Source of the DNA: an uncultured Carboxylicivirga sp.
Lineage (GTDB): Bacteria > Bacteroidota > Bacteroidia > Bacteroidales > Marinilabiliaceae
Length of the DNA stretch: 64,000 bases
NCBI GenBank assembly: GCA_963668385.1
Contig: OY764327.1
Span: forward strand, 5,648,724-5,712,723
Reading direction: 5' to 3'
Shown here: piece after piece, positions 1-10,130 of the stretch
Layout of the letters: each line of letters starts with the position of its first letter
Position numbering within the stretch: position 1 is the stretch's first letter
Notes under the pieces: model-generated
The model's database searches: none
Told to the model about the DNA's origin: nothing
Seen by the model: the letters and a program-made list of their open reading frames with translations, nothing else
Position numbers and translations under genes: made by a program

Positions 1-356
1 CCAAAACCGATCAAATGAGTACCATATTTGTCATAGAAGCTGCCAAAAAGCTAATGGCAAAATACGAGTATGAACCTGAACTTATCGAAAAAGGTGCAGT
101 TCTCCCCGTCCTCAGTAATCAAAAAATGAATGCCTATTTGAAAGAAATTGGTAGTATATGTGGTATTGCTAAACCTATATCAACCCATACAGCAAGGCAC
201 ACTTTTGCTACAACTGTAGCTTTAGAAAACAATATGCCTTTGGAAGTCGTATCAAAAACACTGGGGCATTCCAGCACAAAGATGACTCAACGTTATGCTC
301 GTACTACAGAGGTTTTAATTAAGAAGAATATGGAGAAGATTGCCCATTTGTATTGA
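1..356 (+). CDS. Tyrosine recombinase/integrase, C-terminal part (5' end outside window)
   Basis: Frame is open from the window start (KTDQMSTI...). Catalytic HTAR, LGH and TQRY motifs are intact. Confidence 0.92.
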   Translation, partial: KTDQMSTIFVIEAAKKLMAKYEYEPELIEKGAVLPVLSNQKMNAYLKEIGSICGIAKPISTHTARHTFATTVALENNMPLEVVSKTLGHSSTKMTQRYARTTEVLIKKNMEKIAHLY

Positions 357-402
357 GATGTACCTTACTTAAGGTATTTTTAAATAGTACTTTCAGGATT
401 TG

Positions 403-427
403 AATTTCCCCTTTTTGGGGGGAAATT
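403..427. terminator. Hairpin between convergent integrase and hipA
   Basis: AATTTCCCC ... GGGGAAATT inverted repeat. Confidence 0.5.
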
Positions 428-1662
428 TATTCATGTTTATTGACATCATTTATTGCCTTCTCAATGATTGTAATAGTCGACTTAGACACATCACATTCTT
501 TCGCGATTGAATTCCATTGCGAAACGGCCTCTTGTACTTCTTCCAAGATTAGCTCCGGTTTCTTTATTCCGAAATACTTTCCTAATTCTAAAAGATGTTT
601 CCTTCCAGGATTTTTACTCTCTCCTGCAACCATAGTACTATGAAAACCATATGCTGAATTTGAAAAAGTTAGATCATATACGGGAGCGAAACTCCAATTA
701 CCTTTGACATCCATTAAAAAAGAGAAGTTCTTACTATGATCATCCCGATTGTGAGCAAACACATTAAAAGCTGCCAGACGTAATACTTTCTCGTATGCTT
801 TCACATGTTTTTCAAGTTGAAAGGCACAATCCATTAAATGACCATAATCCATGGTGCTCATCCTAAAATTATCATGCATCAATCCACTAGCGGTATGCAT
901 GTGAATTCTTTTCTCTTTTATTCTATCAAAGCGTTTTGTACCAAAGTAAGTTTGTCCCGACCGCCCTGTGAATAGTTTACAATCACTCATCTCCAATCCG
1001 GCTTTTAAAGCCATTTTATGGTAAGCATATTCAACATTAGCAATCTCTTTAGGGTCAGAAGATGATGGAAATTTAATCAGCCAATCTTCAAAACCTTTTG
1101 CTAATTTTTGATGACCATGCATTAATTCTTTGGTGACATTATTATACCCAACAAAGATTTTAGGACGTGCTCCACCGGAAGAACCACCTAAAGTAAATAG
1201 TTCTTCAATTATATCAGAATCGCTTCCTTTCAAAATTTGATCCATTTCCCGGGCAATCATATCCAATTCAATTTCAGACGAAATTGAAACATCTTCATCA
1301 AACTTTGGTTTGTAACACAAAGCGCCCATACCTTTATCTCCAACATAAGCCAAACGATCCAATGGAGTTATATTTTGCATATTTACTCCCTTCGACGCAA
1401 GGGAACGATCTAACAACAACCTTCCCCAACCATCAGGTAACGAATCGTTAAAAACACCATACAGCCCATCAAAGGGTTCTGAACCGGTGGAAGTTATTTC
1501 ATTATTATAAGGCAGCTTAATCGGTGAGATATTAAGACCACATTTCAAAAAATCAACATTATAGCGAAAGTAGATTGTTCGATTATCCCTTACCATTTCT
1601 CCTACCTCATAACTTTGGCCTTCAAGCTCCAAAGACACTAAAATATTTTTGCTGTTTTCCAT
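427..1662 (-). CDS. hipA: HipA-family Ser/Thr kinase toxin (type II TA)
   Basis: N-terminal FNDSLPDGWG, P-loop-like SSGGARPK, catalytic NRDDHSKNFSF and PVYDL motifs. Confidence 0.93.
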   Translation of the reverse strand: MENSKNILVSLELEGQSYEVGEMVRDNRTIYFRYNVDFLKCGLNISPIKLPYNNEITSTGSEPFDGLYGVFNDSLPDGWGRLLLDRSLASKGVNMQNITPLDRLAYVGDKGMGALCYKPKFDEDVSISSEIELDMIAREMDQILKGSDSDIIEELFTLGGSSGGARPKIFVGYNNVTKELMHGHQKLAKGFEDWLIKFPSSSDPKEIANVEYAYHKMALKAGLEMSDCKLFTGRSGQTYFGTKRFDRIKEKRIHMHTASGLMHDNFRMSTMDYGHLMDCAFQLEKHVKAYEKVLRLAAFNVFAHNRDDHSKNFSFLMDVKGNWSFAPVYDLTFSNSAYGFHSTMVAGESKNPGRKHLLELGKYFGIKKPELILEEVQEAVSQWNSIAKECDVSKSTITIIEKAINDVNKHE

Positions 1663-1677
1663 TACAGATTCTTTTAC

Positions 1678-1956
1678 CTAAGATTTAGTTGTGAAAAGGC
1701 CTTCAATATTACCTAAGTCTTCTTTGGGTTGGAAAACTAGTTTAAAATCTTCCAGCCTATCAAGAAGGTGAGCTAACTTAAGCAATGATTCCAAAGATAT
1801 TTGTCCGGTAGTTTCAAAACGTTTTAAGCTACCTAAAGAGACACCAGATCTCTCTGCCATATCTGATTGAGATAACTTTAATTGTTTACGCAAGGCTTTG
1901 TGGCGCTTGGCCAGTTCCTTACCAATTTCATGAGGTGTAGGATTAATTGAGTACAT
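1678..1956 (-). CDS. hipB: XRE-family HTH antitoxin (HipB-like)
   Basis: RKQLKLSQSDMAERSGVSLGSLKRFE HTH; lies 15 nt upstream of hipA. Confidence 0.88.
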   Translation of the reverse strand: MYSINPTPHEIGKELAKRHKALRKQLKLSQSDMAERSGVSLGSLKRFETTGQISLESLLKLAHLLDRLEDFKLVFQPKEDLGNIEGLFTTKS

Positions 1957-1960
1957 ATAG

Positions 1961-2012
1961 CTAATATATTAGACAAATATAACTATATTTTCACTATATC
2001 GCTAATATATTA
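1961..2012. promoter_or_regulatory. Paired palindromic operator candidates upstream of hipBA
   Basis: CTAATATATTAG (1961-1972) and TAATATATTA (2003-2012) just 5' of the hipB start. Confidence 0.5.
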
Positions 2013-2308
2013 ACCACCACATTACAGAATGTCATTTATCAACTCGATTATATAAGTTGGAGGCCTATGGTCCTAAACTAAAAATTTGCTTTTCAGCATT
2101 ACTTGAATTTCTTAAGTTTTTTCAACCGAGCTGCTCAGCACTCTAGTTGAAAAAAATGTAAAGTAACTCAGTTGGAGTGCCGAGCACTACAACTTAAAAT
2201 TTGTTTTTATAGCCTCAATCGAGCTATTCAAATTTAATCAACAGGCTTCAATTACAACGTTGATTTGATATCTTTAATTATCAGTAATTAAATTCAAAAC
2301 ACATCGTC

Positions 2309-2674
2309 ATGAGAAATCTTATCGAAGAATTGCCTGAACAAATAAGCTTGACAGTTACAAAGCAAGACTTAATTGAATTTGCAGATTATTTAATTCAAGA
2401 ATATGCATCCTTACAAAGAACAGAATCGGCGCCTGAACATGACCTTAAAAAAGTAATTGATATCAATGAGGTCGCTGCCTATACTGGATTCTCTCGATCT
2501 TACATTTATAAACTAACAAGTGGCGGTTTAATCCCTCACTATAAGAGAGGCAAACGATTATATTTCAAAACACATGAATTAGAAGAATGGCTGACGGAAA
2601 ACAGAGGCTTCAACCTAGCCGACATTGAGAAACAAGCTTCAGATTACATCATGAGGAATCCTCGAAGGTTTTAA
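2309..2674 (+). CDS. Excisionase/AlpA-like HTH DNA-binding protein
   Basis: IDINEVAAYTGFSRSYIYKLTS...IPHYK...LYFKTHELEEWL. Confidence 0.88.
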   Translation: MRNLIEELPEQISLTVTKQDLIEFADYLIQEYASLQRTESAPEHDLKKVIDINEVAAYTGFSRSYIYKLTSGGLIPHYKRGKRLYFKTHELEEWLTENRGFNLADIEKQASDYIMRNPRRF

Positions 2675-2766
2675 TCATATTATCACCGAGGCTCACCCTA
2701 CAACATCTATAGCATATTTAATACAGATTATTATTTTCTTTGCAAAGATTAGCTATTAAAGATTAG

Positions 2767-5745
2767 ATGAGCAACATAGAGTATCAGATAGAACTTATTC
2801 AGCAACTCTTTAGATGTCGTAAAGACGTTTTTGCTATCCGCTGGGAGAAAGGAAGCAAGAAAGGTTATATGCCTGCATACAGCTATGATCCATACGTATA
2901 CAAACAACACAAAATTGGAGGAGGAACTTTAGCCAATTTTAATGATAAAGTAAGAAAACAACTTACATCCAACGAAATTAAACTACACCTTGAAGGCAAA
3001 CAATTTATTGGAATCTATCCTCTCTTAGAAGATAACACCTCCTGGTTTCTAGTGGCTGACTTTGATAAAGAAAACTGGAATGAAGAATCCTCTATGTTTC
3101 AAAACAAGTGCAACGAATACAATATTCCGGCATATATAGAACGTTCACGGTCTGGAAAAGGAGCACATGTCTGGATCTTTTTCGAGAAACCACTACCTGC
3201 AATAGAAACCAGAAAAGTATTTATAAGATTGCTAAAAGAATCTGGAATTATCTCCGAATTTGATAAATACTCAAGTTTTGACAGGCTATTTCCTAACCAG
3301 GATTATCTTTCCGGTAAAGGTTTTGGCAACTTAATTGCTCTTCCTTTTAACAAACTTACTTTAGCTCAGGGAAACAATTGTTTTGTAGACACATTGAGTT
3401 TTAATGCATTTGAGAATCAATGGCAGTTTTTGGAGAAAGTTAAACGTCTATCGTCAGAAAAATTCTACCAAATATTATCAAAATACAAATCAGGAGAAGC
3501 TTCTGTTTCATCAACAGCACAAATAACCAACGACAAATTGGTCATTACTGTCAAAAATAAAATCATTCTTAACAGATCAGGTATAAACAGGGGACTGATA
3601 AACTTTTTAAAAGAGGAACTCAATTTCACAAATACCGAATATTTCATAAAGAAAAAGCTTGGTAAGAGTACGCATAATATTGATCCGTATTTCAACTTTA
3701 TCGAAGAAAATGATAATGAAATCTTGATACCTCGTGGTATGGCCAGAAAACTCATTACGTTTTGCACAAAAAGTAAAATTGACTTTGAATTTAATGACAA
3801 ACGAAATAAACACAAGGAAATATCCTATTCTTGTAATATTGAATTAAGAGAACATCAAAAACAAGCTGTTGAAGCTACTACAAATAAAGACTTTGGAATA
3901 ATAGTTTCTCCACCAGGTAGTGGTAAAACTATTATTGGTTTAAAACTAATTGCCGAAAAGAAACAACCTGCGTTAATTGTTGTACATAGGAAGCAAATTG
4001 CTGATCAATGGATTGATAGGATTCAAACATTCTTAGGAATACCTAAACACAAAATTGGCATTATCGGACAGGGAAAATTAAAAATTGGTGAAGCAATTAC
4101 GGTAGCAATGATCCAATCTCTAGCAAAGAAACTAGCCAAAGAGGATTCTAATGATTTATTAAATGTTTTTGGAACAATAATAATCGACGAATGCCACCAC
4201 ATTCCGGCTAAATCATTTGCTGAGACCATCAATAAATTAAATACGTGTTACCTATATGGATTAACAGCGACACCGTTTCGTAAGCACACCGAGGATAAAC
4301 TCATATCTATACAATTAGGCAATACAATATGTGAGGTTGAACCCAAAGAGTGTAATAACTCACAAGAAGCAAGAATTATTGTAAGAAATACCGAACTTGA
4401 TGTCCCTTTTAATTCAAAAACTGATGCTTTTGAAACGCTCTCTCAAATTATTATACACGATTTAGCCAGGAACACTCTAATTATTAATGACATTAAGGCT
4501 GAATTGAACAATGGTAACAAATGTGTTATTATTACTGAGCGGAAAGAGCATATCAATACGATAAACCAGTTCCTTAAGCAACAATACGAAACAATTACGC
4601 TAAGTGGCGAGGATTCTAAAACATCCAGGAATCACAAATGGCAAATATTAGATGACGGTAACTTTGACGTTTTAATAACTACCGGACAATTTTTTGGCGA
4701 AGGAAGCGATATTCAAAATGTTTCCAGGCTATTCCTTGCCTATCCTTTTTCTTTTAAAGGTAAGTTAATCCAGTATATTGGCCGAGTACAGCGTTCTGAA
4801 GTTACACCAACTATTTACGATTACAGGGATTATAAAATTGAGTACCTGAATAAGATGTTCCTTAAAAGAAATGCGCATTACAGAAAGATTGAAAAGCTAC
4901 GTTCTCTATTTGATGATATAGATAATCAACAAGATCCCCAACCTACAGTTAATGAAATAAGAGAAAAGGTAAAACTCAAATTCGATGATTTAGAATTTCA
5001 TTATGGCTGTGTTCTTTTTAACTATGTTGACAAAGAAACAGGAGAACTCATTGAATTCTCAATTGACAATGATACTATCAGACCGGAATTCAGTATTCTA
5101 AAATCATATTTTGCCAAGCAGTTAAATATCAAAAATATCGAAGCTGCTATTTATGCTGAGTTTAAAGATGGTAGATTAATTGCGCAGGATGCCACATCAA
5201 CAGATATTGACCGAATTAATTCAGAAATAATAGACGGTGTTAAATTTCAATTCTTAAACAAGTATATTTTTGGTTCTAAGAGGACTAACAAACCAAATAT
5301 TGTTGATTTAAAAGATTTACAAGAAGGAAACACCCTTTATAATTCTGAAGAAGAATTAATCAACGAGATACTTAAAGATGAATCGGTTAAACATTACAGA
5401 CAAATTAAATACTTGTTAAAGCACCATCTTTCTAACATCCTAAAAATTAGATTTATTCTATCTCCCTTTTCCTTTGTATTCCTGGTAAAAGGCGAAGGGA
5501 AATATCACATAGTGGTAGAAACGCTAAATACAGAAGAAGCCACTTATATTTGGCACATTGATAAATCCAATTTAAATGAACGTCTCAACTCAATAAATAA
5601 AGACTTAAACATTATCCGAAACAAGGGCCGTCAGTTCTTTATTGAACATCAACCGGAAAACTTTAGCAGGATATTTCATGATTATTCAGATGATAAAAAG
5701 GGGTTTATAACATGGAAGGGACAGCTGGAAGAGAGGTTGTTGTAA
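2767..5745 (+). CDS. AEP (TOTE-type) primase domain fused to SF2 DEAD/DEAH helicase
   Basis: AEP motifs ADFD, SRSGKGAH, FPNQD..GNLIALP; helicase motifs SPPGSGKT, DECHH, TAT and QYIGRVQR; ~270-aa uncharacterised C-terminus. Confidence 0.85.
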   Translation: MSNIEYQIELIQQLFRCRKDVFAIRWEKGSKKGYMPAYSYDPYVYKQHKIGGGTLANFNDKVRKQLTSNEIKLHLEGKQFIGIYPLLEDNTSWFLVADFDKENWNEESSMFQNKCNEYNIPAYIERSRSGKGAHVWIFFEKPLPAIETRKVFIRLLKESGIISEFDKYSSFDRLFPNQDYLSGKGFGNLIALPFNKLTLAQGNNCFVDTLSFNAFENQWQFLEKVKRLSSEKFYQILSKYKSGEASVSSTAQITNDKLVITVKNKIILNRSGINRGLINFLKEELNFTNTEYFIKKKLGKSTHNIDPYFNFIEENDNEILIPRGMARKLITFCTKSKIDFEFNDKRNKHKEISYSCNIELREHQKQAVEATTNKDFGIIVSPPGSGKTIIGLKLIAEKKQPALIVVHRKQIADQWIDRIQTFLGIPKHKIGIIGQGKLKIGEAITVAMIQSLAKKLAKEDSNDLLNVFGTIIIDECHHIPAKSFAETINKLNTCYLYGLTATPFRKHTEDKLISIQLGNTICEVEPKECNNSQEARIIVRNTELDVPFNSKTDAFETLSQIIIHDLARNTLIINDIKAELNNGNKCVIITERKEHINTINQFLKQQYETITLSGEDSKTSRNHKWQILDDGNFDVLITTGQFFGEGSDIQNVSRLFLAYPFSFKGKLIQYIGRVQRSEVTPTIYDYRDYKIEYLNKMFLKRNAHYRKIEKLRSLFDDIDNQQDPQPTVNEIREKVKLKFDDLEFHYGCVLFNYVDKETGELIEFSIDNDTIRPEFSILKSYFAKQLNIKNIEAAIYAEFKDGRLIAQDATSTDIDRINSEIIDGVKFQFLNKYIFGSKRTNKPNIVDLKDLQEGNTLYNSEEELINEILKDESVKHYRQIKYLLKHHLSNILKIRFILSPFSFVFLVKGEGKYHIVVETLNTEEATYIWHIDKSNLNERLNSINKDLNIIRNKGRQFFIEHQPENFSRIFHDYSDDKKGFITWKGQLEERLL

Positions 5746-5820
5746 TCTATAAGTTTTTTTATCCTATTATTAGTATTTTTGATTAGCACTCAATCGCACA
5801 CATTACTAATCGATACCTGA

Positions 5821-8800
5821 ATGAAGATTCCTATAGAAGAAATTATAAAAAACATTTCGGATCAGTTAAGATCACTACAACAAGACATAAAGAAACGTTA
5901 TTCAACAGGCGACACATCAATAGCCTGGATAGCGGAACTGCATATACAACAACTTTTAAACATTATATTTGAAGCAGAATATAAGCTTTATAATCTAAAT
6001 TATAAGAAGCCAAATTATCCATCTGTTGATTTAGCGGATTCTATCAACGGCATTGCCTGGCAAATCACAGTAACAAACGATAAGAAAGGAGTAAAAAGTA
6101 AAATTAAACATACACTTGAAACCTTCATTAAGAATAGAGACAAAGATGAATATCCAGATCTTAGGAACATTAAAAAACTTCACCTTTTTATTGCCTCAGG
6201 CATACCTTCCGAATTAACTGGTAATGACATTCCTCTCAATGTTAAAACAGAAAAAGGACAAATAGATATTGAAAAAAGCTTGTTTGATTACGAGCACATT
6301 TGGGATTTCAATAAACTAATTGTTAAAATACTACAAATTGACAATACCGTAACTCTTACAAAAATAGAACAAGCTATAACTGGCATAATAAACCGTCCGC
6401 ATCAGTATCCTTATCCTTTTAATCTTGACTATATACCCAGAACTATTTCATCCGGTATCGAGTATAGAAAAGATTTTACATTAGAGTCTTTTAATGCTAA
6501 AACGAAACACATTGCTATACTAGCAAACGCTGGCGAAGGCAAAACAACCTTTATAGATCATTTAGCAAACCAACTTGCTCTTGATGAAAATGTATTGTGT
6601 ATCAAAGTTCGACTTATTGCCTACGTCAACAGTCTAACAGAGCTAATTAATACAGAATGTAAAAATTGGAAATACTGTTACAAAAGCATTAAGCTTGTAA
6701 TTATTTTTGATGGCCTAGACGAGGTTGACAATAGTCAGTTCGACAAAGTCTACAAGGAAATTAACAACTTCATTAGGAGCAATCACAATATCAATGTAAT
6801 TACCTCATGTAGAACAAACTTCTTCCCTCTAGAAGTTAATGATGATCGTAACAACGACTTTCCATCCAAAATATATTTCCTTGATAAAATTTCTGAAGAC
6901 AATAGAGTAGATTTTATTAGATCCAAACTTGGCGCAGATACTGATTTTTTTTTATCTACTCTTACTAATTCAGGCCTTAAGACCTTAATTGAAACACCTT
7001 TTTTCTTAGTAGAACTACTTACAATATTCTTAAGTGATAAAATACTACCAGAATCTAGAATTGACTTTTTACAGAAGCTAGTTAAAAGACAATTCTTATA
7101 TGAAAACCAAAAGGTTGGCACAATAAAAAGCTTCATAAAAAACAATAAGGCTAAAATTGATAATGAATTTAAAAAGCTAGCTTTCTTTATGCAATATTCA
7201 GGAGTTAATAAACTCAAAGATGAAGAATTACAAGAATTGATCCCTGAAACCCTGCTTCTTGATTCCTTAAAGCGGATACTACTAGAACCTATCAACGAAA
7301 CCTGTGATACATGGCGTTTTAAGCACAACAACTTCATGGAATATTACGCTGCTTTGTGCCTTAAAGAGGTAGATTGGAATACACTTAAATCGACAATTCT
7401 AATTCCAAACCATCACAAACTACGGCCTAGATGGTTAAACACTGTATCATTCTATTTTACACTAGCTGACGAAGATGACTTAAGCTTTAAAGAACTTTCA
7501 GAATGGCTAATACAGTATGATAATAATTCATTAGTAAAATTTGAAGCAGATAAAATACCGTTTTCAGCTAAAAATATCGTTCTTGAAAAACTAATCCAAA
7601 AGCATAAGGATGATAAGTTAAGAATTTGGGGTGATGGCTATACTATCAATGACCTTTCACGATTTATTGACATCAATAATAACAATAGAGCTCTTGAACT
7701 TTTATTGTCCTACCTAAAACCTGATGATATTTGTGAAGATCTTAAAATTGATATCATTGAAATTGTTAACACCAGAGATAACATATCTCCATATAAAAAA
7801 ACAATTACAGATTTATACTCATCATTATATCCTGTATACTACAAAACATCAATTGGTTCTAGAGTTATTGAAGGGTTACATAAATGGAAGATAAATATCT
7901 CCAACATAATCAACACCTTAACCCAAAGCACAATAGAGCTTCAAAAAGTAAGTAGTCTATCCATTTTTATTGATTATTTGGGTGATGTAGAAAACAATAC
8001 TTTAAGCGCCACTTTCTTAATCAATACATTGGATGCTGTTTTAAATGAAGATTCCTACGGTACAATTTATTATTACCCCAAATTGATTAAGCAGATCAAA
8101 TCTGCACCTCTTTTAAATGAGTTTCTTCTTGAGCTAATGGAATTTAAGAATGGGCGATCAGAATATAAAATATGGGATAAAGAAGAAAATTGGAAAGACC
8201 TATTTAGCATTATTAACAAGAAGGCATTTGAATTATTTGAAAATGAAAAAGAGTATCAGAACACCTATATCAAGGTCATAAATTATTTGGGGAGTAAACT
8301 AAGTTATTTTAGCAGAGATTTATCTCTTATTCTGCATCTAAAACCATACCTAATTAGGTTAAATGATAACGATAACTTATTTGAACTCTATCTGAGAGAA
8401 GCAGCCAATAGTAATGAATGGGATAAAGCACATTTTTGTATTCCTGCCATGCTTTATGAACCTGAAAGAATCATAAGTATTTTTGACCTTTACGACTCTA
8501 AAGACATAGATGACAGGAAGGTATTTAGGTTTGGGAATGCATTAAAAGCATTTGATCAAGATTTATATGATCAATTTTATTCTTCGTTAAATGTCAGATA
8601 CAACAATGCATTTGTTCCTAAACCAGATCCATGGAAAGTGCAAAGGAAAGAGAAGAGAAAGCTTAAATTGGAATTACTACTTGACAAACAAAGATTTATT
8701 ACGTATTTGAAACAAGTTTTTAATGACTTTAATGATCCGATCACTTATGATGCTATTCATCAAATGGAATACTATGATCATGAAAGACCTTTAGCCCCTC

Positions 8801-10071
8801 ACCTTGAAATAGTATTAAACCTTCTAAGGGATTTTATTAAAAAAGATAGCTCAGAAAACAAAGATCATATTCTCTCAACTATCGAAAAAGAAGAAAACTG
8901 GAAATGGTATCAATTAAACTATTACTTTAATTACGCCGCAAGTACTTCAAAAAATAAGATTCCAAAAGAAAACCTGGATTGGATTATAACATGGTGTACA
9001 GAAACTGAAAAAAATGTAAATTTTGATAATCCAATAACATGGCATGGAAATCAAAGTTATTCAATCAACAATTTATTTAGGTATTATGTAGTTTTGACAA
9101 TATTCACTCGAATTCCTCCAGAAAATGCTGAAAATTGCAATAAATTAGTTCGATTCATAGGATATTTTAATGAATTTGCCCTTAGAAATAATGATGAAGA
9201 AAAATATTCACTTGGCACACTCCTTATCAATAAAATAGGTCGCAATGCCTTTAATAAACAGCTGTTAGCTAATTTAAAGGCCGGAATTTATGACTCAATT
9301 AGCTTACAAGAATATATTAAATATCTGGAAGATCATTCCGAAATAACAAATCAAGAAGTCTTACTACCCTATCTTACTAATTCACAAGTTGAGTACTATT
9401 TAAGAAATCGAATATTCAAACTCTATATTAATATTGGAGGTGTATACAGCAAGGAAATATTGGGGTATTTAGATTTAATTGAACTTAACAACCACATTGA
9501 TTGGGAAGTTGTTGATTTTATTTTGCAATCAAATCCTTCTACTGTAACACAATGGCTTAAGGAAAAAATGAACCCTCTTGAAATTGACATTAACTATGTA
9601 ACGATAAGATTACTTCCTTACGAACCGGAGCAAGCATTGAGCATGTATCTTGAAGAATTTAAAAAGAGACAAACAGCATTAAGTGATAGGTTTCATGAGA
9701 ACGGCAATTTTCTAGAACAAATAAAAGTCAGGGAAATAAATCCTAGTTTATTATACGATTTTCTATGTGAACTTCTCATTATAAGTGTTGGAAAAGAATT
9801 CAAAAACAATGACCGAAGTAATTTTATTCCAAGCATTTTCAATCGCCTATTCGAACTTTTTAAAGAAGGATTAATAGATGATTTAATCTTAAAAGTTGAG
9901 GAGCTACTTGCATCAGTTAAGTTCAATGGGGCAAATGAGGAAAACATAAGAAACATCATTTATTGGCAGAAGGATTTTACAAAAAAATGTCATATTGAGC
10001 TTGATAAAAAAGTAAGTTTTAGAAGAGCTAATAGGGATTTGAAACTACTTCTACCGGAACTATACAAATAA
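5821..10071 (+). CDS. SMEK-like nuclease + NACHT/STAND NTPase + long helical C-terminus (Avs-like)
   Basis: N-terminal NLN..PNYPSVDLAD..AWQIT; Walker A ANAGEGKTT, Walker B IIFDGLDEV; TSCR sensor and FKHNNFMEYYAA winged-helix motifs. Confidence 0.8.
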   Translation: MKIPIEEIIKNISDQLRSLQQDIKKRYSTGDTSIAWIAELHIQQLLNIIFEAEYKLYNLNYKKPNYPSVDLADSINGIAWQITVTNDKKGVKSKIKHTLETFIKNRDKDEYPDLRNIKKLHLFIASGIPSELTGNDIPLNVKTEKGQIDIEKSLFDYEHIWDFNKLIVKILQIDNTVTLTKIEQAITGIINRPHQYPYPFNLDYIPRTISSGIEYRKDFTLESFNAKTKHIAILANAGEGKTTFIDHLANQLALDENVLCIKVRLIAYVNSLTELINTECKNWKYCYKSIKLVIIFDGLDEVDNSQFDKVYKEINNFIRSNHNINVITSCRTNFFPLEVNDDRNNDFPSKIYFLDKISEDNRVDFIRSKLGADTDFFLSTLTNSGLKTLIETPFFLVELLTIFLSDKILPESRIDFLQKLVKRQFLYENQKVGTIKSFIKNNKAKIDNEFKKLAFFMQYSGVNKLKDEELQELIPETLLLDSLKRILLEPINETCDTWRFKHNNFMEYYAALCLKEVDWNTLKSTILIPNHHKLRPRWLNTVSFYFTLADEDDLSFKELSEWLIQYDNNSLVKFEADKIPFSAKNIVLEKLIQKHKDDKLRIWGDGYTINDLSRFIDINNNNRALELLLSYLKPDDICEDLKIDIIEIVNTRDNISPYKKTITDLYSSLYPVYYKTSIGSRVIEGLHKWKINISNIINTLTQSTIELQKVSSLSIFIDYLGDVENNTLSATFLINTLDAVLNEDSYGTIYYYPKLIKQIKSAPLLNEFLLELMEFKNGRSEYKIWDKEENWKDLFSIINKKAFELFENEKEYQNTYIKVINYLGSKLSYFSRDLSLILHLKPYLIRLNDNDNLFELYLREAANSNEWDKAHFCIPAMLYEPERIISIFDLYDSKDIDDRKVFRFGNALKAFDQDLYDQFYSSLNVRYNNAFVPKPDPWKVQRKEKRKLKLELLLDKQRFITYLKQVFNDFNDPITYDAIHQMEYYDHERPLAPHLEIVLNLLRDFIKKDSSENKDHILSTIEKEENWKWYQLNYYFNYAASTSKNKIPKENLDWIITWCTETEKNVNFDNPITWHGNQSYSINNLFRYYVVLTIFTRIPPENAENCNKLVRFIGYFNEFALRNNDEEKYSLGTLLINKIGRNAFNKQLLANLKAGIYDSISLQEYIKYLEDHSEITNQEVLLPYLTNSQVEYYLRNRIFKLYINIGGVYSKEILGYLDLIELNNHIDWEVVDFILQSNPSTVTQWLKEKMNPLEIDINYVTIRLLPYEPEQALSMYLEEFKKRQTALSDRFHENGNFLEQIKVREINPSLLYDFLCELLIISVGKEFKNNDRSNFIPSIFNRLFELFKEGLIDDLILKVEELLASVKFNGANEENIRNIIYWQKDFTKKCHIELDKKVSFRRANRDLKLLLPELYK

Positions 10072-10130
10072 ACTGTCATTCAATTTAATCCTTTTAAGTT
10101 GAATATCTTAAAAACCAGAACCTGATGCTA

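Noticed and set aside
2060-2240. GAGCTGCTCAGCACT / GAGTGCCGAGCACT motifs upstream of xis
   Set aside because: Only two or three loose copies; could be regulator sites but too weak to call.
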